Shown: in pieces, positions 1-10,436 of the stretch
Layout: each line of letters starts with the position of its first letter
Numbering within the stretch: the stretch's first letter is position 1
NCBI GenBank assembly: GCA_034189385.1
Contig: JAXHVD010000004.1
Span: 131,195 to 195,194 of the forward strand
Source: Thermodesulfobacteriota bacterium
GTDB lineage: Bacteria > Desulfobacterota > Desulfobacteria > Desulfobacterales > C00003060
Direction: 5' to 3'
Length of the DNA stretch: 64,000 nt
Position numbers and translations under genes: made by a program
Notes under the pieces: model-generated
Seen by the model: the letters and a program-made list of their open reading frames with translations, nothing else
The model's database searches: none
Told to the model about the DNA's origin: nothing

Positions 1-65
1 AGGATCTTGAGTTCTTTTAGAAGGGCCTTGTCGATGGTCGTGTTGTACATCTTGCGGTCAGTCAT
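1..65 (-). CDS. Small ribbon-helix-helix-like DNA-binding protein, 5' part only (runs off window)
   Basis: ATG at 65 on the minus strand reads MTDRKMYNTTIDKALLKELKIL, a beta-ribbon then helix pattern typical of RHH regulators. Divergent from the recombinase. Not in the ORF track. Confidence 0.6.
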   Translation of the reverse strand, partial: MTDRKMYNTTIDKALLKELKI

Positions 66-2108
66 GATATACGGGTATCAGAAGCCGGTACATTTTTCAA
101 TAAATATAGAATTATCGGTATCTTTTTCTTGCTTTTTGTGTTATAGTTTTATAGTTGTCTATACAATCACACACTTCCAAACAGTACGATGAAAAAGAGT
201 TTTAAAAACAATAGGTTCCCGAGATTCCCGGTGTCCGTGAGGTCCGGGGCGCCTGTACTGGCGTGGAAGGTCTCGGGTTCTTTTTTGGGTAGTCTCAATT
301 AAGAGAGGGTCAGAAAATGAAAGCAGCCATCTATTGTCGAGTATCAACACCGACTCAGAAAGAGGCCGAAACCATAGAAGGCCAGAGGGTCGCATTGACA
401 AAATACGCGGAAGACCGGGGCTGGGAGATTGTGGACGTATATGAAGACGAGGGCCTTAGCGGCAGTTTCCTAGAAGGCCGCAGGGATTTTCTACGGCTGC
501 TTGAGGACATGGGAAAGGGAGAGTTTGAAATCCTTCTGGTGGCCGAACACAGCCGTATCACCCGCTCTGACGACCCGATGGAAGGCGCTCTAATACTGAA
601 GACTCTATTGGACAACGACATTAAGGTGGCCTCTCCTGGGGCTGGCCTGGAGTCTGCTGATACCTTTGAAGGTCGCCTCATGTTCACGTTAAAAAGCATG
701 TTCGCCGCAAAAGAAAAGACCGACATTCTTGAACGCTTCAAGAGAGGCAAAGCGAAGTTTCTTGAAAAGGGCATCTACCCCAACGCGAGAGTTTGTTATG
801 GCCTACAAAAGGTGGTTCAACGGGGTAAAAACGGCAAAGTCATAAAGCACGAGATCGTCATCAACGAGGAAGAAGCGGCGGTCTTGCGGTCGGTCTATGA
901 TTGGATAGTCAAGGACGGTCAGACCATCAACTGGGCGGCTGCCGAGTTGAACCGCCTAGGCATAAGGACAGCGCAAGGTAAAAGGTGGAGTTCTCCCAGG
1001 CTTTCTGAGATTCTGCGGAACGAGGCTTTATGTGGCACAATGTATTGTAACAGGTACGTGTGGAAGACCACCGGCATCAGCCCCAAAGGGAAACAACAGC
1101 AGAAGCTTTTAAAGGTCAGGCCCAAGACGGACCCAGATGTAATTCATATTTATGTCCCAGCCATATTCAGCAAAGACGAGTTCAAGCTGCTGCGGGATAC
1201 GGTCAAGAACAACCGCCGCCGTGCACGGTCAAAGAAGGACAGCCCATTCTTGCTTACTGACAAGTTGAAATGCGGCATCTGCGGTGCTCGTCTAGTCGGT
1301 GCTTATGGTGGAAGTCCAGGTCAGAAAAAAGTGAACTATTATATATGCCACAACAGAAAGAAGTCGCCCCAGAGGCGAGAGCCAGACGAGAAGCCGTGCT
1401 GGCTGCCCATGGTAAACATGTTATCCCTTGACCAGAAGGTCGAACGTGATGTCTTGATTGACCTGTTTATGCACCCAAAGCGGACCCTGAAGAGCTGGTC
1501 GTCGGTGGATCAGAATAAGCGCCGCCGGGCCAAGCAGTTGAGGGATAAGGTGGCCCAGGCCGAGGAACGTATTGAAAAGTTGAGGAAAAAGAAAAAGGCA
1601 CTGCTTCAGAAGGCCATAAGCGGTGTTGCATGGGAGGGGTGGAATGAGGCCGATATCAAAGAGGCCGTTGAAGGTGAGAGGGTAAAGCTGGACCAGCAGA
1701 TCACCCTAGAAACCGAACGCAGGGACACGGCCAAAAAAGAGGCTGAAGCCTTAGAGGGAATGATTGAGAGGGCAAAAAAGGTTCGCAATGGGTCCAAGGA
1801 ATTGGAAGAGGTGGCGGCTAGGCTTGGTGAGAAGATCTTGAATATGACCGTTGCTGAAAAACGGACCTTGTTGGACTATATCATCCCATCCGGCCATTAT
1901 ATCACCGTGGAGCCTATTTTAGATGACCGGGAAATCTGGTACGACAAACCCAAAGGGGTGGCCCGGACACTTAAGTGTGAGTGGATGGTGATGCCTGTCA
2001 CGGTGCCTGATTTTAACTTAAAGGGGCTGGTTGCTGCCTTGCGGGAATACGATAAAACCGGAGTGATCCCAAAGGCTTCTGTATATTTAATGCAAAATAA
2101 GCATTTAA
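1..2108. mobile_element. Right end of an integrative element or prophage; junction near 2105-2110
   Basis: The integrase sits directly against a 5'-truncated host gene whose frame starts abruptly after TAA 2106-2108. Confidence 0.7.
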
Positions 2109-2131
2109 AGCGCCATTCAGGCAACCAATGA
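317..2131 (+). CDS. Large serine recombinase (integrase)
   Basis: N-terminal IYCRVST catalytic motif, resolvase and recombinase domains, Zn ribbon (CGICG...YYIC...C), coiled coil; 604 aa. Confidence 0.95.
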   Translation: MKAAIYCRVSTPTQKEAETIEGQRVALTKYAEDRGWEIVDVYEDEGLSGSFLEGRRDFLRLLEDMGKGEFEILLVAEHSRITRSDDPMEGALILKTLLDNDIKVASPGAGLESADTFEGRLMFTLKSMFAAKEKTDILERFKRGKAKFLEKGIYPNARVCYGLQKVVQRGKNGKVIKHEIVINEEEAAVLRSVYDWIVKDGQTINWAAAELNRLGIRTAQGKRWSSPRLSEILRNEALCGTMYCNRYVWKTTGISPKGKQQQKLLKVRPKTDPDVIHIYVPAIFSKDEFKLLRDTVKNNRRRARSKKDSPFLLTDKLKCGICGARLVGAYGGSPGQKKVNYYICHNRKKSPQRREPDEKPCWLPMVNMLSLDQKVERDVLIDLFMHPKRTLKSWSSVDQNKRRRAKQLRDKVAQAEERIEKLRKKKKALLQKAISGVAWEGWNEADIKEAVEGERVKLDQQITLETERRDTAKKEAEALEGMIERAKKVRNGSKELEEVAARLGEKILNMTVAEKRTLLDYIIPSGHYITVEPILDDREIWYDKPKGVARTLKCEWMVMPVTVPDFNLKGLVAALREYDKTGVIPKASVYLMQNKHLKRHSGNQ

Positions 2132-2855
2132 GGGGCTCGACGGTTTTCTTACAAAACCCTTTGACAACAGGGAATTGCGCAACAAGATTCAAGACATTGT
2201 CATAAAAAAGCGACTGAAGCAATTTGTCTCTAATCAAGTCTATGAGGAAATTAGAAACGATCCTGCTGTCATGAACCCCAAAAAACAGAAAGTGACCATA
2301 CTGTTTAGTGATATTAGAGGATTCACCGAGATGTCTTGGAAAGTCCCACCTGAAAAGATTGCAGAATTTCTAAATGACCACTACTTTACACCCTTGGGAG
2401 AAATCGCTTATCTGTACAACGGCACTGTAGATAAACACATTGGCGACTGTATCATGGTGATATACGGATCGCCTGTCTCCCATGAGGACGATATTGTCAG
2501 GGCTATTGAATCGGCAATTCATATGCAGAAGACTTGTAAGGCCATCAGCAAAGGATTGAAAAAAACAAATGGATTCAGGCTCCGTGTTGGAATCGGTATC
2601 TGTGCGGGCGAGGTAGTAAGTGGTGTCTTTGGCTCCTTGAGGAAAAGAGAATACACGGCCTTCGGGCTGCCGGTCAATATTGCCGCTCGTTTAGAAAAAA
2701 TGGCAAAGGGCGGGGAGATATTGGTCAGTGGTACGACCTACAAAGAGGTGTCCCACCACTTTGCGGCCGAGAGGATGACGCCGGCCATCCCCGTCAAGGG
2801 CTTGGATGAGCCTATTCCCATCTATCGGATTCTGGGCCCTAAGGCTTCAACTTGA
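2109..2855 (+). pseudogene. 3' part of a receiver-domain / class III adenylate cyclase gene, split by the element
   Basis: The frame upstream of TTG 2175 reads SAIQATNEGLDGFLTKPFDNRELR (end of a REC domain with KP motif). Cyclase motifs FSDIRGFT, DKHIGD and VNIAARLE are intact. Confidence 0.8.
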
Positions 2856-3741
2856 CGCAATGGCCCTTTTCAAGGTTACGGCCAAAAATGGGGACGACTT
2901 CCGCTCGGTCCTCTTTCACATGAGTAACCCTGACTTCGCCAATCTTGAGGCCTGGAACCAGATAGACTTTATCACCTTGGCCCCTTATCGGTTCGGCCCC
3001 TCCAAAGACCTCCAGCACATCTCCAGTGGCAAGCCCGGCATCCTTGCCTGTCGAAAGGGTCAACCTTTTGCCGGAGTCTGCAACAAGATACCCCTTCCAA
3101 GGTTCTTTGGCTAAACGCTTGCATACGAGCTTCACTGTCTTTGAGATGATCTTGGAGAGGAGGGGGCGTGCCATCGCCTCATTGTAACTGCCTGTATTTT
3201 TTGCTTCTTTCCAAACTCCTTCTGGAATCTCCACTTCATCAATGACCATCTCATCAAAGAGAATGGCGGTAGTCTCCGTATCATAGCACCTTACGCGGAA
3301 AGAGGCCCGCACGAGCGTTCGTGTTTGCCTGAATCCCCAGATGCCACGCTTTGCGGTGTTATACTCGATGTCCACAATGCTTTGTTCCAGTACCGCGCCA
3401 AGACCATAGATCCTGCCAAGGTTCCCAAGGGTCATGGTGTCGATCCGATCTGAAAGACGATGGGGAATCTCTTTCAGGGCCTTTTGGACTTCTCGGGAAT
3501 CTATGATGATAATGCCGTCACAGTGTCTGGAGAGAGATTTCATTAACTGGTTGTGGGCCGCCACCTGGAAATCGTCCCCTCCAAAACCAGAGTCGTTTAT
3601 GCTGGCCATGAAAGCTATCTTCTTTTTCAAGGCCCCTCCCTTGCCCATAATGTCCGCACCTATCTTATGGGCGGTGGCGCAACCGGCTACCGACAAAAGG
3701 CACACAAACAAGGCAGCTATTATACGGGTACTCTTCCCCAC
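2839..3741 (-). CDS. Lipoprotein, CsgG/FlgT-like architecture
   Basis: Signal peptide with lipobox VAGC; C-terminal GKDAGLATGDVLEVF resembles FlgT C-terminal domains. Confidence 0.6.
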   Translation of the reverse strand: MGKSTRIIAALFVCLLSVAGCATAHKIGADIMGKGGALKKKIAFMASINDSGFGGDDFQVAAHNQLMKSLSRHCDGIIIIDSREVQKALKEIPHRLSDRIDTMTLGNLGRIYGLGAVLEQSIVDIEYNTAKRGIWGFRQTRTLVRASFRVRCYDTETTAILFDEMVIDEVEIPEGVWKEAKNTGSYNEAMARPLLSKIISKTVKLVCKRLAKEPWKGYLVADSGKRLTLSTGKDAGLATGDVLEVFGGAEPIRGQGDKVYLVPGLKIGEVRVTHVKEDRAEVVPIFGRNLEKGHCVKLKP

Positions 3742-3892
3742 TATGATGCTTATCCCCTATGTTTTGTCGTCTAGGAAATGGGAACGAACTCGCAAGGAGT
3801 CTCCCCCGCTTTCCCTTCTCCAGTCCAGCGGCCTTTCTTATACCCTGAACGGTTACGAAGCAAGGTGAAACTTCGGTGAGGCTCCTCAATGG

Positions 3893-4315
3893 TCACATCT
3901 GGCCGGCGACCTCGTCCTTGTAAACTACCCTTGCAGTCGTCGTGATACCTCCTCGCGCTGAAAAAGTACCCACGACCTCCATAAATTTGGGTTTGAGTAC
4001 ACCAACAAGGTCCTCCAAGATGCGATTGACCACGTGCTCATAAAAGATGCCCACACTGCGATATTGGAGCAGATAATACTTGAGGGACTTCAATTCAACG
4101 ATCTTGTCCTTGGGTGTGTACCTTATGGTAATACGCCCAAAATCTGGGAGGCCTGAAATGGGGCAGACAGAGGTGAATTCCGGTTGGTCTATCTTAATCT
4201 CAATGTCCCTTTCTGCGAAATAGGGGTAATCGAGTACTTCAAGGACGTCTGAAACCACTGTGTCAGCCAGTTCAATTTTCGCCAACACTTTTTCCCGCAT
4301 ATCTGACACGTCCAT
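3893..4315 (-). CDS. queF: 7-cyano-7-deazaguanine (preQ0) reductase, short type
   Basis: PEFTSVCPISGLPDF and VELKSLKYY motifs; likely start MDVSD at 4315. Confidence 0.9.
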   Translation of the reverse strand: MDVSDMREKVLAKIELADTVVSDVLEVLDYPYFAERDIEIKIDQPEFTSVCPISGLPDFGRITIRYTPKDKIVELKSLKYYLLQYRSVGIFYEHVVNRILEDLVGVLKPKFMEVVGTFSARGGITTTARVVYKDEVAGQM

Positions 4316-5408
4316 GTGGGCTCCTTTCCGCACCTGCCTGCCAATGAAAACGGTCCGGCTCAGCTTTCTCTTGAATGCCATCCCTTTTCGCACGGAGTTG
4401 TCCACAGGCCGCACGAATGTCGGCACCCTTGCTTCGCCGGATGGTGGCGGTGTAGTGACGATCTGTGAGAACCTTCTGGAAGGCCAATATCTGGGCCTCT
4501 TCCGGTCTCTTGAACGGACTTCCTGCAAAGGGATTAAAGGGTATAAGGTTGATTTTGGCCCGCAGGGGCCTCAGGAGCCTTGCCAGTCGTTTTGCATCTT
4601 CGAGCCCGTCATTTACACCGCAAATCAAGACATATTCGATGGTAATCATCCTACCCGAGGGGAGGGGAAACCTGCGGCAGGCCTCGAGGAGTGTCTCAAT
4701 GGGGTAGGTTCTGTTGACGGGCATCACTTGGTCTCTCGTCTTGTTGTCCGCAGCGTTGAGAGAAACGGCCAGGTTCACCCTCACGTCCCGGCCAAGCTGA
4801 TGTAGCTGGGGAACCAGGCCGGCGGTAGAAATGGTGACGCGACGATTGGAAAACTGAAGGCCATTAGCGCTCGTGATGGTACCAAGGGCCTGGACCACGC
4901 TGTGATAATTGGCAAGGGGTTCTCCCATCCCCATGAACACAACATTGGTGATAGGGTCGCGGTGTCCGTGGTCATCTTGAACAGTGCAGACCTGGCCAAT
5001 GATCTCGGCAGGCTCCAAGTTACGCACGAGGCCCCCGCGACCAGTGAGGCAGAGTTTGCACCCCATGGCACACCCCACTTGGCTAGAGACGCAAAGCGTC
5101 CAATGCCCCCGTTCAGGAATGGCAACGGTTTCGATACAATGGCCATCCTTGAGGCCAAATAGGTATTTCTTTGAACCGTCCATAGAGGCCTGGACTCTTA
5201 TGGGCTTGAGGCGACCGATGGTGAGTCTTTCAGAAAACCACTGCCTTAAATCCTTGGAGAGGTCTGTCATCTGAAAGAAGGACCGAACCTTTCTATGGTA
5301 TATCCACCTCATGACCTGACCGGCCCGATAGGCCTCGATGCCGTGCTCTTGAAACCAATCAATGAGCCCTTGGTCGCTGAAGTTTGTTATGTCCAGTCGG
5401 GCAGACAT
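4272..5408 (-). CDS. rlmN: Radical SAM RNA methyltransferase
   Basis: SSQVGCAMGCKLC, MGMGEP and AACGQL motifs. Confidence 0.95.
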   Translation of the reverse strand: MSARLDITNFSDQGLIDWFQEHGIEAYRAGQVMRWIYHRKVRSFFQMTDLSKDLRQWFSERLTIGRLKPIRVQASMDGSKKYLFGLKDGHCIETVAIPERGHWTLCVSSQVGCAMGCKLCLTGRGGLVRNLEPAEIIGQVCTVQDDHGHRDPITNVVFMGMGEPLANYHSVVQALGTITSANGLQFSNRRVTISTAGLVPQLHQLGRDVRVNLAVSLNAADNKTRDQVMPVNRTYPIETLLEACRRFPLPSGRMITIEYVLICGVNDGLEDAKRLARLLRPLRAKINLIPFNPFAGSPFKRPEEAQILAFQKVLTDRHYTATIRRSKGADIRAACGQLRAKRDGIQEKAEPDRFHWQAGAERSPHGRVRYAGKSVGEN

Positions 5409-5521
5409 GGGATGATGAGGCCCCCTAGCTGGAATGCACAGAAAAAATATTTTCTTGACATATGAAATGACTGAAAATAATTAGTATAGGTTTATAACGT
5501 TCCAAGAGACATGGAGACGCC

Positions 5522-6850
5522 GTGTTTGAAAATCTTACTGACAAACTGAACGCCACCTTCAAGAAACTCAAAGGGCATGGCAAGCTCACTGAAAGCAACA
5601 TTGACGCCGGACTGAAAGAGGTGCGGATCGCCTTGCTTGAAGCCGACGTCCATTACAAGGTCACAAAGCAGTTCCTGGCATCCATCAGGCAGCGGGCCAT
5701 CGGCCAGGAAGTGCTAGCTAGCCTTACACCAGGACAGCAGGTTGTCAAGATTGTTAATGAGGAACTGGCCCGTCTTATGGGCAGTACGCACGAAGGGCCC
5801 ACTTTAATTGGCCGACCTGCCTCGATCATGTTGGTGGGCCTGCAAGGTTCAGGAAAGACTACCACAGCAGGCAAATTGGCCAAGTTTCTCATGGAGAAAA
5901 ACCGCAGGCCTTATCTGGTGCCGGCCGATATTTACAGGCCGGCGGCCATTGACCAGCTCAAGACGCTGGCCAAGAAACTGGACGTGGGGGTCTTCCCATC
6001 TGTCCAGGACATGGACCCAGAAGATATTTGCAGAAAGGCCGTCCAAAAGGCCCGTGAAGAGGGTTTTGATACCCTTCTGATGGACACGGCCGGGCGCCTT
6101 CACATTGATGAGGCCCTCATGGACGAGCTGGCACGCATCAAGGAGTCCGTTCAACCTTCTGACATCTTGCTCGTAGCCGATGCCATGACAGGGCAGGATG
6201 CTGTGAATATGGCCAAGGCCTTTAACGATGCGTTGGACATAGGCGGTGTTATCCTCACAAAGATGGACGGCGATGCGCGGGGTGGGGCGGCTATTTCCAT
6301 CCGGGCCATGACGTCAAAGCCCATCAAGTTTGTTGGTGTGGGGGAGAATCTGGACGCCCTGGAGCCCTTTCATCCCGACCGGATGGCATCTAGGATTCTG
6401 GGGATGGGAGACATGCTTTCTCTTATTGAGAAGGCCCAGAGTGCCGTGGATGAGAAGAAGGCTCTGGAACTTGAAAAGAAGCTTAGAAAAAGTCAGTTTA
6501 CCCTGGAAGACTTCCGAGATCAAATGGCCCAAGTCAGAAAGATGGGGTCCCTAGAAGACATTCTGGCCATGATCCCGGGGATGGGTAAGCTCAAACAGAT
6601 GAAGCAGTTCAAAGTAGATGAAAGGGAGTTGGTGCGCATTACAGCCATCATTGACTCTATGACGGCTCAAGAGCGACAGAAGCACCAGATCATTAACGCA
6701 AGTCGGCGAAAACGGATTGCTAAGGGCAGCGGAACGACGGTCCAACAGGTGAACCAGCTGCTGAAAAGCTATATCCAAGTGCTTAAGATGATGAAGAAAT
6801 TGAATAAGGGCGGCTTTAAGGCCTTTGGCCGTGGAGGGCTGCCGATTTAA
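5522..6850 (+). CDS. ffh: Signal recognition particle protein
   Basis: GLQGSGKTT, DTAGR, TKMDG motifs; Met-rich M domain. Confidence 0.97.
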   Translation: MFENLTDKLNATFKKLKGHGKLTESNIDAGLKEVRIALLEADVHYKVTKQFLASIRQRAIGQEVLASLTPGQQVVKIVNEELARLMGSTHEGPTLIGRPASIMLVGLQGSGKTTTAGKLAKFLMEKNRRPYLVPADIYRPAAIDQLKTLAKKLDVGVFPSVQDMDPEDICRKAVQKAREEGFDTLLMDTAGRLHIDEALMDELARIKESVQPSDILLVADAMTGQDAVNMAKAFNDALDIGGVILTKMDGDARGGAAISIRAMTSKPIKFVGVGENLDALEPFHPDRMASRILGMGDMLSLIEKAQSAVDEKKALELEKKLRKSQFTLEDFRDQMAQVRKMGSLEDILAMIPGMGKLKQMKQFKVDERELVRITAIIDSMTAQERQKHQIINASRRKRIAKGSGTTVQQVNQLLKSYIQVLKMMKKLNKGGFKAFGRGGLPI

Positions 6851-6868
6851 GGAGGAATCAACTCGCAT

Positions 6869-7129
6869 ATGTCTGTAAAAATCAGATTGGCCAGGTATGG
6901 CGCAAAGAAGAGGCCCTTTTATCGTATTGTTGTGGCTTCTACTGATGCCCCTCGAGACGGCAGGTTTCTGGAACTGGTGGGAACATATAATCCACTGAAT
7001 CAGCCTGCTGCCGTTCGTATCAAGGAAGATCGGATTAAGGCATGGATTGAAAGGGGGGCCATCCCGAGTGCTACGGTCAGGAGTTTATTGAAAAAGGAAG
7101 GTTTTTTTTCAAAAGCAGAAAACTTGTAA
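6869..7129 (+). CDS. rpsP: 30S ribosomal protein S16
   Basis: [22 protein letters not shown]. Confidence 0.97.
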   Translation: MSVKIRLARYGAKKRPFYRIVVASTDAPRDGRFLELVGTYNPLNQPAAVRIKEDRIKAWIERGAIPSATVRSLLKKEGFFSKAENL

Positions 7130-7202
7130 GAGGATCTTTCCAAGCCAACGTAACCTTTGTCGGTGTCGCTATGCTCTTTTGACGGCGTGAGGAGGTCGGG
7201 AG

Positions 7203-7433
7203 ATGAAGGATCTGGTCAAGTACATTGCTAAAGCGCTGGTGGATCATCCTGAGGCGGTGGAGGTTTCCGAAGTCGAAGGTGAACAGACGTCGGTTATTGA
7301 GCTGAAAGTGGCTAAGGATGACCTCGGAAAGATCATTGGCAAGCAGGGTCGCACTGCCCGTGCCATACGCACGATTTTGGGGGCGGCTTCTGCGAAAATC
7401 AAGAAAAGGTCTGTCCTGGAAATCATGGAGTAG
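7203..7433 (+). CDS. khpA: KH-domain RNA-binding protein
   Basis: [10 protein letters not shown] (GxxG); usual position after rpsP. Confidence 0.9.
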   Translation: MKDLVKYIAKALVDHPEAVEVSEVEGEQTSVIELKVAKDDLGKIIGKQGRTARAIRTILGAASAKIKKRSVLEIME

Positions 7434-7439
7434 GATACC

Positions 7440-7955
7440 ATGAGTGGAAATGCCCTCATCCCTGTGGGCAAGATCGTGGGTACCCACGGGATCAAGGGCT
7501 ACCTTAAGGTCTTTCCCTACGCTGAATCTTTGGATCTGCTTTCCCCAGGTGAGGACCTGGTCCTTACCCGTCAAGGGAAGATCCTTGCCACCTTTCGAAT
7601 AAGGTCTGCCCGTCCGCATAAGCGTGTCATCCTTCTTGCCCTAGAGGAGATAGCTTCTATTGACGCAGCAGAGGAGTGGATAGACTGCCAGCTTTGTGTA
7701 GACATGGCCGCCCTGCCTGAACCTGAAGAAGGCAGTTACTACTGGCACCAGATCATGGGCATGGAGGCCTTTACCTTGGACAACCGACGGTTGGGTCGCG
7801 TGGAGGCCATTATACCCACGGGAAGCAATGATGTTTATGTGGTCCGAAACGGCAAAAAGGAGGTGTTGATACCGGCCATCGATTCGGTGGTGGTAGATAT
7901 TGATCTGAACGAAAAGGTCTTGCGATTGGATCTTCCTGAGGGACTGGAAGATTGA
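7440..7955 (+). CDS. rimM: Ribosome maturation factor
   Basis: GKIVGTHGIKG motif, PRC barrel, synteny. Confidence 0.95.
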   Translation: MSGNALIPVGKIVGTHGIKGYLKVFPYAESLDLLSPGEDLVLTRQGKILATFRIRSARPHKRVILLALEEIASIDAAEEWIDCQLCVDMAALPEPEEGSYYWHQIMGMEAFTLDNRRLGRVEAIIPTGSNDVYVVRNGKKEVLIPAIDSVVVDIDLNEKVLRLDLPEGLED

Positions 7956-7959
7956 CAGA

Positions 7960-8724
7960 ATGAACTTCACCGTTCTGACCTTGTTCCCGGAGATGTTCGC
8001 CTCCCTCGTGGTGGGAGGCATTATCAAACGCTCCGTTGAAAACAAGCGGATATCCATTCAGACCATCGACATCAGAGACTTTGCCTCAAATCGCCATCGG
8101 ACCGTGGATGATCGCCCCTACGGGGGAGGATGCGGCATGGTGATGAAACCGGAGCCCATGGCCGGGGCCATCCGGCATGCCCAAGAAAGGCATCCTGAGG
8201 CCTTTACCCTCCTGCTCACTCCTCAGGGCCGTCTCTTTGACCAGGCCCTGGCCCGCGAACTGGCAGGGTGTGGGGGGCTTATTCTTATCTGTGGGCGATA
8301 TGAGGGCGTTGACGAACGGATCCGTGAGAATCTAGTTGATGAGGAACTATCGGTGGGAGACTATGTGCTTACCGGTGGTGAATTGGCCGCCATGTTGGTG
8401 ATCGATGCCGTAAGTCGACTCCTTCCTGGCGTGCTGGGAAACGAAGCATCAGCGCAAGAAGAATCCTTTTCAACAGGCTTGCTGGAATATCCACAGTACA
8501 CCCGACCCAGCTCTTTTGAGGGGAGGCAGGTGCCCGATACCCTCGTTTCCGGCAACCACGGGGCCATCAGGAAGTGGAGGCGAGAGGCTTCGCTGATCCG
8601 GACATTCCTCAAGAGGCCTGATTTGCTGTTGGACCTGCCACTGACATCAGAGGACATGAAGGTGCTGGAAAGACTCCAACAGGAGCTCCAGGCCATTATA
8701 GAAAAGCATTCGACCCCATTTTGA
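7960..8724 (+). CDS. trmD: tRNA (guanine-N1)-methyltransferase
   Basis: DDRPYGGG, CGRYEGVDER, GDYVLTGGE motifs. Confidence 0.97.
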   Translation: MNFTVLTLFPEMFASLVVGGIIKRSVENKRISIQTIDIRDFASNRHRTVDDRPYGGGCGMVMKPEPMAGAIRHAQERHPEAFTLLLTPQGRLFDQALARELAGCGGLILICGRYEGVDERIRENLVDEELSVGDYVLTGGELAAMLVIDAVSRLLPGVLGNEASAQEESFSTGLLEYPQYTRPSSFEGRQVPDTLVSGNHGAIRKWRREASLIRTFLKRPDLLLDLPLTSEDMKVLERLQQELQAIIEKHSTPF

Positions 8725-9296
8725 CCGGTTTAGACAGCAACCTCTACCTGGCTCTCGTACACCATCCGGTGTACAACAAGAATGGAGAGGTGATTGCTTC
8801 GGCAGTCAGCAACCTGGATCTGCATGATATATCGAGGGCAGCCAAGACCTACGGCGTGGGGGCCTTCTATGTGGTGACTCCACTGAGAGACCAGCGCGAG
8901 TTGGTCCGAAGAATCGTATCTCACTGGACGGAGGGCCTGGGGGCAGCATACAATCCTGACCGGCGAGATGCTTTGCGCCTCCTTCGGATTGTGGCGTCCC
9001 TGGATGCTGCACTGGATGAGATTTCAGCCTCTGGACTGGGCAGGCCCCTCACCGTCGCTACGGACGCCAGGCCGTACGCCGGAAGGATCAGCTACAAAGG
9101 GTTGCTAGAGAGATTGAAATCCCGGCGTCCCCTCTTGCTCATGTTCGGGACAGCGTGGGGATTGACACAAGAATTCATAGAGAAAGCCGATTGTGTTCTG
9201 GCTCCTATTAAGGGGCCTACAGTCTATAATCATCTGTCAGTCCGGTCTGCAGCAGCCATTGTCCTTGACAGGCTCTTGGGGACTGAGAGATTGTGA
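8721..9296 (+). CDS. SPOUT-type RNA methyltransferase (TrmD-associated)
   Basis: [24 protein letters not shown] motifs. Confidence 0.85.
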   Translation: MTGLDSNLYLALVHHPVYNKNGEVIASAVSNLDLHDISRAAKTYGVGAFYVVTPLRDQRELVRRIVSHWTEGLGAAYNPDRRDALRLLRIVASLDAALDEISASGLGRPLTVATDARPYAGRISYKGLLERLKSRRPLLLMFGTAWGLTQEFIEKADCVLAPIKGPTVYNHLSVRSAAAIVLDRLLGTERL

Positions 9297-9310
9297 GTTT
9301 GGAGGAAAAC

Positions 9311-9658
9311 ATGGAAGCGATTAGGGCATTGGAAAAGGAACAGATGCGTTTTGATCTGCCGGCTTTTAGGGCTGGTGATACGGTGAACGTCCACGTCAAG
9401 ATTAGAGAAGGCGACAAGGAACGTATTCAGGTGTTTAAAGGGGTCGTGATCAGGAAGCGCCGGGGGGCAACCAATGCCACCTTTACGGTGCGGAAGATCT
9501 CTTATGGGATTGGCGTAGAACGCATCTTTCCCATCCATTCTCCCAATATCGACAAGATCGAAGTCGTAACGCGTGGGCGTGTCCGTCGCGCTCGCCTCTA
9601 TTATCTAAGAAAACTAAGAGGCAAGGCTGCTCGGATCAAGGAACTGCGCCCCCGCTAG
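9311..9658 (+). CDS. rplS: 50S ribosomal protein L19
   Basis: FRAGDTV...GVERIFP...[11 protein letters not shown] before 9311. Confidence 0.97.
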   Translation: MEAIRALEKEQMRFDLPAFRAGDTVNVHVKIREGDKERIQVFKGVVIRKRRGATNATFTVRKISYGIGVERIFPIHSPNIDKIEVVTRGRVRRARLYYLRKLRGKAARIKELRPR

Positions 9659-9797
9659 GCGCTACAGCTTTCTCTGGCCCCAAGAACCATCGGCTCTCGT
9701 GCTGTGTCTGGGAGGGTGTTCATGATCATGACCTGTGCTGTGAGTGAAGATTGCCAGCAGGCCTTTTGAACCGCCTTTTTTGGATCACAAAGTGGAG

Positions 9798-10436
9798 ATG
9801 GATACCAATAGGTTTGAGAAAAGGGCCCGGGAACAGGGGTTCTCGATCATTGCCGGCGTGGATGAGGCAGGGAGAGGCCCGCTGGCGGGCCCGGTGGTCT
9901 CGGCTGCCGTCATCCTCCCTGAAAGGGTCTGTCTGGAGCACCTAGATGATTCTAAACGTTTGAGCCCGGCAAGGCGAGAACAGCTTTTTGAGGCCATTTA
10001 TGAGCAGGCCATCTCAGTGGGGATAGGTCTTGTTGACCCTCCAGAAATAGACCGTATCAATATCCTTCAAGCAGCCCTCCTTTCCATGGCCATAGCGATA
10101 ACCAATCTTCGACCAACCCCGGAGTATTTGCTTGTAGACGGGACCTTTCCAGTAAAATCCACCCTGCCCCAAAAGCCCGTGACGCACGGAGACCGACGAT
10201 CTTCGTCTATCGCCGCTGCCTCCATCGTCGCCAAGGTGACGCGAGACAGACTCATGAGGCTTTACGACGATGAGTTTCCAGGGTTTGGCTTCGCCAAGCA
10301 TAAGGGGTATGGCACGAAGGCCCACCGCGCTGCTATTCGCACCCTTGGGTATTGTCCCATACATCGCAAGACTTTCCGAGGTGTAAAGGAATATGTGGAG
10401 GGCCTTCCTGGACAGGCTTGTTGGGCCAATGTCTAA
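9798..10436 (+). CDS. rnhB: Ribonuclease HII
   Basis: GVDEAGRGPLAGPV, DSKRL, AAASIVAKVTRD motifs. Confidence 0.96.
   Translation: MDTNRFEKRAREQGFSIIAGVDEAGRGPLAGPVVSAAVILPERVCLEHLDDSKRLSPARREQLFEAIYEQAISVGIGLVDPPEIDRINILQAALLSMAIAITNLRPTPEYLLVDGTFPVKSTLPQKPVTHGDRRSSSIAAASIVAKVTRDRLMRLYDDEFPGFGFAKHKGYGTKAHRAAIRTLGYCPIHRKTFRGVKEYVEGLPGQACWANV

Noticed and set aside
4316..4528. Long N-terminal extension of queF in the ORF track
   Set aside because: It lies inside rlmN. A GGAG RBS supports the start at 4315, leaving a modest 44-nt overlap.
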